Assembly: GCA_051439605.1 (NCBI GenBank)
Contig: JBFRWN010000039.1
Coordinates: 1-64,000 of the forward strand
Length of the DNA: 64,000 bases
Origin: Synechococcus sp.
GTDB lineage: Bacteria; Cyanobacteriota; Cyanobacteriia; Thermostichales; PCC-7336
Direction of reading: 5' to 3'
The translations under genes were made by a program, and so were the position numbers. Below, in pieces: positions 20,444 through 27,725 of this stretch. A model generated the notes under the pieces. The model worked only from the letters and a program-made list of their open reading frames with translations, did not search any database and had not been told where the DNA came from. How positions within the stretch are numbered: the stretch's first letter is position 1; each line of letters starts with the position of its first letter.

Positions 20444-22849
20444 GTGGATAACTCAAACTCACAGAATAACGACGACCGCATTCGTCAGGCCTTGCAACCT
20501 CATAATTTTTTGAAACTCGTTCGTATAGTAGAGGTGATGAGCACTGATGTGGTTTGCGCTCCAGCCACAACTACCGTACAGAGCCTGGCTCAGCTTATGA
20601 CCGAACGGAGCGTCAGTTGCGTCGTGCTTGTGGAGAGCAGGAAGGACTCTAGACCAGCTGAAGGAGATGCCCCTCTCCTAATCCCCATCGGAATTGTGAC
20701 GGAGCGGGACATCATTCAATTTCAAGCGCTCGGACTGAATTTTGCTCGGACGCCAGCCGATGCTGTGATGAGCGCGCCGCTATTTCTGATGCAACCTCAA
20801 AACTCACTCTGGAGTGCCTACCAACAAATGCAGCAGCGACACGTTCGCCGAGTGGTGATTGCCGGAGATCGGGGTGAACTGGTGGGAATTGTGACCCAAA
20901 CCAATATTCTGTCTGCTCTAGATCCGGCAAAAATGTTAGGAGAAATTGGGCAGTTACAGCACTTCTTGGACATCCAGACGGTGGAACTGGGACAAACCAA
21001 TCAGCATTTGCAACAGGAGATCGTCGAGCGAGAACGGTTAGAAGCGGCTCTGCGAGAGGCTAACCGGACCCTAGAGGCAGAGGTTGAGCTGAAGACTGCC
21101 GAACTGCGGCAAACGAATCAGGCTCTGCGGAAAGAGATTAGCGATCGCCAACTCGTCGAGGAAGAGCTCTATAGTCAATCTCAACAAGCTCGATTGCTTG
21201 CCGAAATCACTCTCAAATTTCGTCACTCTTTAAAGCTAGAGGACAGTCTCGAGACTGCTGTGACTGAGCTGAAGCAGTTCCTGCGGGCCGATCGAGTTTT
21301 GATTTTTCGGCTTCGGCCCGACGGGTCTGGAACTGTGTTGCGAGAAGCTGTGGAGCCCGGTTGGCCCGTCATTCTCGGGCAAGACCTTTTCGATCCTTGC
21401 TTTCAGGAAGGGTATGTAGATCAATACCGGCAGGGCCGCGTCAGTGCGATCGCCGATTTGGAGCAGGCCGATCTCCAACCCTGCCATGTCAAATTTCTCC
21501 AACAGTTTGGCGTCAAGGCCAACCTGGTTGTTCCCATTCTCCTGCAATCAGATCTCTGGGGCCTTTTAATCGCCCATCAATGTGCCCGACCACGGCAGTG
21601 GACCCGCGATGAAACCGAACTCTTGCATCAGTTGGCAGACCAAATTGGTATCTCCCTCTCTCAAGCTCAACTGTTGGAAAATCTGGAAGCAGTTGTGGAA
21701 AAACGCACCTCCGAGCTGACTGAAACGAACAGGCGGCTAAAACAGGAAATTGAGGAGCGCAAGCTAGCTGAGGAAGCTTTTTCTCGGAGTGAGAGAAAGT
21801 TCCGCGCCATCTTTGACCAAACATTCCAATTTATTGGCTTGTTGGAACCGGATGGCACCCTGCTTGAAACCAATCGAAGTTTTTTGGATTTTGGCGGTTT
21901 AACCTTCGCCGATGTGCTTGGCAAACCCTTTTGGAACGCTCGCTGGTGGACAATTTCAACCGCAACTCAGGATCGCTTGAAAGAAGCCATTGCCCGAGCT
22001 GCTGGCGGTCAATTTGTTCGATACGAAGTAGATATAGTGGGTGTGGGAGATCGCGTAATCACCCTTGACTTCTCCCTCAAACCTGTGAAAGACGAAACCG
22101 GCCAAGTTATCCTGATTATTCCAGAAGGTCGGGATATCAGCGATCGCAAAGTCATCGATCGCATGAAAGATGAATTTATCGCCACTATTAGCCACGAATT
22201 ACGCACCCCCCTCACCTCTATCCACGGCTCTCTCAAACTCTTGGCAACCGGAGAGCTCGGGACATTATCTGAGGACGGCGAAGAAATGCTTGCGGTCGCT
22301 GACGAAAATTGCGATCGCTTGGTGCGCTTGATCGGCGACCTGCTCGATTTCCAGCGGCTGGAGTCAGGAAAGGTAGCATTGCGCAAGCAGATCCAGGATG
22401 CGGGTGAGGCGATTGTGAAAGCGGCTGAAGCGATGCAAGGGATGGCGCAACAGAAGGAAATCCGTCTAGAGACTGCCCCTGTTTTCCTCCCGATCTGGGC
22501 CGATCCCGACTATGTCATGCAAATCCTGACCAACCTGATTAGTAACGCAATTAAATTTTCACCTCGGGGTAGTACCGTCTGGATCGAGGTTCGAGCGCGG
22601 AGCAACGAGACGCTGTTCGCGGTGAGAGATAGGGGGGAAGGCATCCCTGGCGAGCTGTTAGAAACCATCTTCGAGCGCTTCCAGCAGCTCGACTCCACTA
22701 CTACTCGTCAGAAAGGAGGAACGGGTTTGGGCTTAGCCATTTGCCGCAGTATTGTCAATCAGCACGGCGGTAGGATATGGGCTGAAAGTACCCTCGGTCG
22801 AGGCAGTACCTTTTACTTCACGCTACCAACAGGAGCTCCAACGACATGA
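20444..22849 (+). CDS. Cyanobacteriochrome sensor histidine kinase (CBS pair, DXCF GAF, PAS, HisKA, HATPase)
   Basis: CBS GIVTERD; GAF DRVLIF...DPCF...PCH...LWGLLIAHQC; PAS; H-box SHELRTPL; N and G boxes NLISNAIKF and GGTGLGL. Confidence 0.92.
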   Translation: MDNSNSQNNDDRIRQALQPHNFLKLVRIVEVMSTDVVCAPATTTVQSLAQLMTERSVSCVVLVESRKDSRPAEGDAPLLIPIGIVTERDIIQFQALGLNFARTPADAVMSAPLFLMQPQNSLWSAYQQMQQRHVRRVVIAGDRGELVGIVTQTNILSALDPAKMLGEIGQLQHFLDIQTVELGQTNQHLQQEIVERERLEAALREANRTLEAEVELKTAELRQTNQALRKEISDRQLVEEELYSQSQQARLLAEITLKFRHSLKLEDSLETAVTELKQFLRADRVLIFRLRPDGSGTVLREAVEPGWPVILGQDLFDPCFQEGYVDQYRQGRVSAIADLEQADLQPCHVKFLQQFGVKANLVVPILLQSDLWGLLIAHQCARPRQWTRDETELLHQLADQIGISLSQAQLLENLEAVVEKRTSELTETNRRLKQEIEERKLAEEAFSRSERKFRAIFDQTFQFIGLLEPDGTLLETNRSFLDFGGLTFADVLGKPFWNARWWTISTATQDRLKEAIARAAGGQFVRYEVDIVGVGDRVITLDFSLKPVKDETGQVILIIPEGRDISDRKVIDRMKDEFIATISHELRTPLTSIHGSLKLLATGELGTLSEDGEEMLAVADENCDRLVRLIGDLLDFQRLESGKVALRKQIQDAGEAIVKAAEAMQGMAQQKEIRLETAPVFLPIWADPDYVMQILTNLISNAIKFSPRGSTVWIEVRARSNETLFAVRDRGEGIPGELLETIFERFQQLDSTTTRQKGGTGLGLAICRSIVNQHGGRIWAESTLGRGSTFYFTLPTGAPTT

Positions 22850-23226
22850 CCTCCAAACGGATTTTGATCGTTGATGACGAGGAGGGGATTCTTGCTGTAG
22901 TTCGAATTGGTCTCAAGATGACAGCAGGTTGGGAAGTGTTGACTGCAACTTCGGGGATGGAAGGGATCGAGATGGCTAAAACCGAACATCCAGACGCCAT
23001 CCTGCTAGATGTCATGATGCCCGAAATGGATGGGATTGACACCTTCGATCGACTGAAAGCAGATCCTCAAACCCAGAAGATTCCGGTTATCTTCCTCACG
23101 GCCAAAGTCCGAGGCAATGCTGCGAACGGTATCTCCCACCTGGATGCTGCAGGGGCAATTGTCAAACCTTTCAACAGTCTTACATTGGTCGAACGCATTT
23201 CCGACATTTTGGGTTGGCCGACATAA
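22846..23226 (+). CDS. Single-domain CheY-like response regulator
   Basis: ILIVDDE, LLDVMMP, FLTA, KPF; ATGA overlap with the kinase stop. Confidence 0.92.
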   Translation: MTSKRILIVDDEEGILAVVRIGLKMTAGWEVLTATSGMEGIEMAKTEHPDAILLDVMMPEMDGIDTFDRLKADPQTQKIPVIFLTAKVRGNAANGISHLDAAGAIVKPFNSLTLVERISDILGWPT

Positions 23227-23341
23227 TTCTGGATTGTGTATTCTCCTACACAGTCCGATTTTGCTGAAGAACCTGAATCCACAAGATTTTCACAATTCAT
23301 CCTTACCCTGATGAATAGAGTATGGATTAGAAAAATTTGTG

Positions 23342-23731
23342 ATGGATCGGGCAAAAACCAAGCGGATTTTGCTGCTCGTTAGCTCGGATGATTATCGTAA
23401 GATCGTTGAACTCGGCCTGAAAATTTCATCCAATTGGGAAGTGTGCTCCGCCAACTCGCTACGGGAAGGGTTGGCGATTGCAGAAAGGGTCGAGATCGAT
23501 GCTATTTTGCTGGATGTGGACTGTATGGAAGACGATTTGCAAAGGATTTTCACCCATCCCTCCACTGTCGATCTCCCCAAAATCGCGATCGTAGAGGGCA
23601 GAACTGCGGATTGGAACTCGACCAGTTTGCCGAATATTGCTGTCGTCGTTTCAAAGTTATCGAATCCTCTTTCCTTCGCCGAACAGATTGCAAGGGTATT
23701 GCAGTGGTCCCTCCCCTCTGTCAATAATTAA
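23342..23731 (+). CDS. Atypical single-domain response regulator
   Basis: Similar to the upstream RR (RILL...GLK...WEV...AILLDV) but with degenerate acidic pocket and Thr/Lys-Pro motifs. Confidence 0.7.
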   Translation: MDRAKTKRILLLVSSDDYRKIVELGLKISSNWEVCSANSLREGLAIAERVEIDAILLDVDCMEDDLQRIFTHPSTVDLPKIAIVEGRTADWNSTSLPNIAVVVSKLSNPLSFAEQIARVLQWSLPSVNN

Positions 23732-23769
23732 GCGATCGCTTAGCAAAACTTAATCATCAAACCCGATCC

Positions 23770-23802
23770 CTCCATACTGTCTCCACATTCGATTCCTAAA
23801 CT
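23770..23802 (+). promoter_or_regulatory. Direct-repeat operator plus -10 box, copy 1
   Basis: CTCCATACTGTCTCCACA, 9 nt, TAAACT; CTCCA repeats are 11 bp apart. Confidence 0.6.
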
Positions 23803-24210
23803 GTAAATCAAACGATATGTAGGTTTCTCAATCGAGCTTACGCCGTTCTTCCCAACTCCGGGGTCGGGTCATCGCTGAGGTATCCGCGATGTATTGAAAG
23901 ATCGTGAGATATCTCTTGGAATTCGTTTCCCCCGCCCCCTTTCTGTTTTGGATTGCGATTTTTTACTTGAATTGTTGGTCTAAATACTTCGATCTAAATA
24001 TTACGGAGAAAATTTGTAAAGATTATAAAGATCCGATCGAGAAATCAACTTGACCGGAACACATGAGCTGTGTTGCAGCAGGAATGTGCGTTCCCTTGAG
24101 CTTGGGGCAAAATTTCTCCCTTCCATAACGTCTCATAGAGCTCCGATCAAAATTCAATAGGAACATCCTCATCATTAACGGTAGATAGGTCTACTGCTTC
24201 ATTTGTCAGC

Positions 24211-24420
24211 ATGATGAAAATCGAAACTGTAATTGATCAGGCATTTGCAACCGGCGTTTTCCTAGAATGCCATCGTAAGGCCATCTTGCTTCTCCTTGAA
24301 TCTGGAAAATTCTCCATCCAAGATATAGAGGCAATCTCTTCTCTGCAAGCAGCTGTTCATACAGGCGAAATCAAAAATCTATCCGTAACACAAGTGACCG
24401 AGGACTCTAGTTACAACTAG
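24211..24420 (+). CDS. Small conserved cyanobacterial hypothetical protein
   Basis: 69 aa; pattern I..VI.QA..TG....LL......D..A...LQ.A...G.I matches a family of small cyanobacterial proteins as recalled. Confidence 0.6.
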   Translation: MMKIETVIDQAFATGVFLECHRKAILLLLESGKFSIQDIEAISSLQAAVHTGEIKNLSVTQVTEDSSYN

Positions 24421-24621
24421 GGATGAAGGAGACTCGATTGACACTTCTGGAATTAAGCACACACAGTTCGAGGCAAATCTCAAGCTCGTCCCTCTGACCC
24501 ACAAAACAGCGATTGCATAACAACACAGACCTGCTCTAGCCTAGCAATTCGCTTGTAAAGTCAGTAATCCCGGTAGCAAATGCAACATGTGTTGATATTT
24601 CTTAACCAAAGACTCCATCCT

Positions 24622-24654
24622 CTCCATACTGTCTCCATATCCATTCCTTATAGT
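24622..24654 (+). promoter_or_regulatory. Direct-repeat operator plus -10 box, copy 2
   Basis: CTCCATACTGTCTCCATA, 9 nt, TATAGT; an extra CTCCA half-site at 24613. Confidence 0.6.
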
Positions 24655-24907
24655 CGAACGCAGTGGGTACCGGATTATTCGGAGATCGGAGCCATGCCAT
24701 CGCAGGTCCATACTCATGAAACTTCAACTTCAGTCAGCACATCTCGGTATCGTGGACATCCTTTAAGTCTTCAGCAGTTGAAGCATTCAACTAGTAGCCG
24801 CAAAATTCCCTCCGAGCTAAAGGACATACTCAATAGTTTAGCTAGTCTATCTTCTTCTCATGTCCCTTTCCTCAGTCTTCCCAAAGCCCTGACATATAGG
24901 AAAAGCG

Positions 24908-25168
24908 ATGTATTCGCGAGCAACGAAATTTCCCTTCATCCCACACGAGCCAGATTCAGAGTTTCTATGTATACAAGGACAGATCGAACATTTGATTTTT
25001 GTAGATTGTTTGGAGCGGTTCGCTCAACGAATTCGGCAAATTTATAACTTGGAGAGCGAAGGGACAATCGATTATGAAAAAGCTCTGGAAAGTATTCAAC
25101 TTTCCTTAGAGATGCTTTATCGAGCAAAACAGGATCTCGGAATTTCGGAAGAGTTCTTTCAACATTGA
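24908..25168 (+). CDS. Small cyanobacterial hypothetical protein (DUF7219-like)
   Basis: EHLIF..LERFAQRI..IYNLESEG.I..EKA...I...L.RAKQDLGI resembles the NLQEFAQRV...LETGGK family. Confidence 0.6.
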   Translation: MYSRATKFPFIPHEPDSEFLCIQGQIEHLIFVDCLERFAQRIRQIYNLESEGTIDYEKALESIQLSLEMLYRAKQDLGISEEFFQH

Positions 25169-25358
25169 GGTAGAACAATCTGAATCTCTCGAAAGATTGA
25201 TTGCTCGAGTTGATTCATTATGTTTCAAAAACAAGATCGGCTTTAAATTATTTCTGATGAGACTGACATAAAAAATATACGCCATTATATAAATGCCACA
25301 ATTAAACTTTAATTTGTTCGAAAGAAATTTACCGTTTAGTAGGGAATTAAAACTGTTG

Positions 25359-25580
25359 ATGAGTAAGGCCGATCTTATCGAAATGGAGGGATTAGTTACA
25401 GAATCTCTGCCAAATGCTATGTTTCGAGTCGAGCTAGAGAATGGCTTCAAAATATTAGCTCACGTCTCTGGAAAAATCCGACGTCATTACATCAAAATTT
25501 TGCCTGGTGACCGCGTCACTGTAGAACTCACTCCCTATGACTTGACCAAGGGCCGGATTACCTATCGCCTGAGGAAATAG
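25359..25580 (+). CDS. infA: Translation initiation factor IF-1 (probable extra paralog)
   Basis: [39 protein letters not shown]...[24 protein letters not shown]. Confidence 0.97.
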   Translation: MSKADLIEMEGLVTESLPNAMFRVELENGFKILAHVSGKIRRHYIKILPGDRVTVELTPYDLTKGRITYRLRK

Positions 25581-25586
25581 CGAACA

Positions 25587-26333
25587 ATGGATTTCATGTC
25601 GAATCGGCAGGTTGGTGTCACTGTTAATACTGGCTACGAGCTCCAGAGATACAGGCAGCAGACAGTTGCTCAACAGGTTATTTATCATTTCTTGGCAAAG
25701 AATAAGCTGCCGACAAGACGGATTGAAACTTTCAACCGCAACCAAGTCATTTTTTATCCCGGTCAGTCCACCGACCGACTTTTCTTCATACAGAAGGGAG
25801 CAGTTAAGCTCTCCAGTGTCTTCGACAGCGGGCATGAGAATGCACTGGCTCTCCTACCTAAAAACAGCATCTTTGGTAGTCTCCCCTTCTTACAGGCATT
25901 AAACTCCACACAGTACTGCCAGGCTGTTGCCCTCGCATCATCGACCGTTCTATCTGCCTCAATCGAACAGGTAGAACATGCCTTGACTCGCAACACCGAG
26001 CTAGCTTCAGCCTTACTGCAAGTGCTGGGTCATCGCACGATTACAGGCCACCGCCTGATTGAGATCCTGTCTTCTAACCGGACAGGGATGAAATTAGCGC
26101 GCTTTCTATTGCTGCTTTGCCAGCATTTCGGCGTCTCTAGGGATGGGGATGTAATGATTGACCTATTCTTGACACATTATGAAATCGCCAATTTCATCGG
26201 AGTGACGCGGGTAACGATTACCAAAGAATTGGGGAAGTTACGTGCAAGCGAGGCCATATCCATCGATTGCGGTAAAGTCGTGGTTCACAATCTCGAACAA
26301 TTGAGAATACGGGCCTGCTTCAACGACGGGTGA
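25587..26333 (+). CDS. Crp/Fnr family regulator, divergent NtcA-like paralog
   Basis: KGAVKLS, ALL..NSIFG, SASIEQVE.AL, FLLLLC..FGV, IG.TRVT.T; collinear with NtcA but far too diverged to be the ortholog. Confidence 0.85.
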   Translation: MDFMSNRQVGVTVNTGYELQRYRQQTVAQQVIYHFLAKNKLPTRRIETFNRNQVIFYPGQSTDRLFFIQKGAVKLSSVFDSGHENALALLPKNSIFGSLPFLQALNSTQYCQAVALASSTVLSASIEQVEHALTRNTELASALLQVLGHRTITGHRLIEILSSNRTGMKLARFLLLLCQHFGVSRDGDVMIDLFLTHYEIANFIGVTRVTITKELGKLRASEAISIDCGKVVVHNLEQLRIRACFNDG

Positions 26334-26514
26334 CGGTCCGACAGGTGTTTCTCGAGAAAATCAGGGCTTGGTTCATTTTGGAGGGCGATCGGATACGGAG
26401 CTTTAAGCTGCGTTGGGCTGGAACCCAAGAGTCTCGTTGCTCAGCGAGTCAGAAATTCTTGATTAGTATGATGATTACACCCCCTTCATTTTTACCTGCA
26501 GGCAAGAATTATTC

Positions 26515-27288
26515 ATGCGTTTCACGTGGTATGGTGCGAACTCCTGGTTGCTGGAGCTGTCCGGACAGCGAATTTTGCTAGATCCATGGTTAGTTGGACC
26601 GCTGGAGTTTGGAGGACTGTCTTGGTTGTTTCGAGCAACGCGAGCCACTTCCATTCCGATCCCCGAAGACATCGATCTCGTCCTGCTGTCCCAAGGACTG
26701 GAGGATCATGCCCATCCAGAAACGTTGCAAGCCTTATCGAAGTCCATTCCTGTGGTGGGTTCTCCTAAAGCAGCTAAGTTATGCCGCAAACTGGGCTTTC
26801 AGCAGGTAAACCCCTTAGAGTTTGGTCAAACCTTCATATTGGCCGATCGCCTGCAGATTATGGCAGTTGAAGGAGCCTTAACAGGAATGAAGCCTGAGAA
26901 TGGCTACGTGATGACCTTGCAGGATACTGGTGCAAAACTGTACTACGAACCCCATGGATTTTTCCCCGATAGCCTGAAGCTTCAGGCACCGGTGGATGTA
27001 GTTATCGGTCCGATCGTGAATTTGGAATTGCCGCTGGCGGGGGCAATTGTGCGAGGAGCGGACAGTGCGATCGCTCTAGTGGAGATGCTGAAACCCCAGT
27101 ATTTTTTACGCAGTACGGCTGGCGATGACGGAGTGCAGTTTGAAGGTGCTCTCAATTCCCTTTTGAAGGCGAAAGGGGATTTGGCTACTCTAGAAGCAGC
27201 GATTCACGAACGCGGCTTAAAGACTCAAGTTTTGGCCCCCTCTGTCAATAAGCCCATCGACCTGTCCCTGGCTCAGCAGGTTACGTAG
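26515..27288 (+). CDS. MBL-fold metallo-hydrolase
   Basis: NSWLL...ILLDPWLVG, LSQGLEDHAH, YYEPHG. Confidence 0.88.
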   Translation: MRFTWYGANSWLLELSGQRILLDPWLVGPLEFGGLSWLFRATRATSIPIPEDIDLVLLSQGLEDHAHPETLQALSKSIPVVGSPKAAKLCRKLGFQQVNPLEFGQTFILADRLQIMAVEGALTGMKPENGYVMTLQDTGAKLYYEPHGFFPDSLKLQAPVDVVIGPIVNLELPLAGAIVRGADSAIALVEMLKPQYFLRSTAGDDGVQFEGALNSLLKAKGDLATLEAAIHERGLKTQVLAPSVNKPIDLSLAQQVT

Positions 27289-27351
27289 CTCGATAAACTG
27301 TAGCTTTGTCCCTTTGCTCGTGCCTGATTTGTTCTTCATAACGGGATACTG

Positions 27352-27621
27352 ATGACTCGCGATGCTTCACAGGACACGATTTGGAACTACAAGCCCTGGT
27401 GGTGTCAGCCTTGGTCGATTGTTTTGACAGGTGTGGCGATCGTGGGGGGAAGTTGGCTGGTTTTGCACCGACTTTGGGTGTCGGGATTGGTAGCTGCTCC
27501 GGTCTTGGCTTGGTGGGTGATGTTTTTAGCGATTTATCCTCGGGCGACTGCCGAATCCGGGATGCTGGACGAGTATCGCCAAGTGAGCGAGGAAGACGGT
27601 GATGGCAAGGTCGTGGGTTAG
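27352..27621 (+). CDS. Small membrane protein (DUF6737-like)
   Basis: WNYKPWWCQPWSI motif followed by two hydrophobic helices. Confidence 0.75.
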   Translation: MTRDASQDTIWNYKPWWCQPWSIVLTGVAIVGGSWLVLHRLWVSGLVAAPVLAWWVMFLAIYPRATAESGMLDEYRQVSEEDGDGKVVG

Positions 27622-27725
27622 AGTGCCCCAACAAGTGACTTTTCCGGCAGCCACAGCAGCAAGTCTTATTTCAATGAGTGGAGTCGGCTGTTTTGGTTGT
27701 TTTTTCAATCGAATGCGATGAACGG

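Noticed and set aside
24580..25047. 155-aa Ser-rich ORF
   Set aside because: Overlaps the operator/-10 element and the better-supported 24908-25168 gene.
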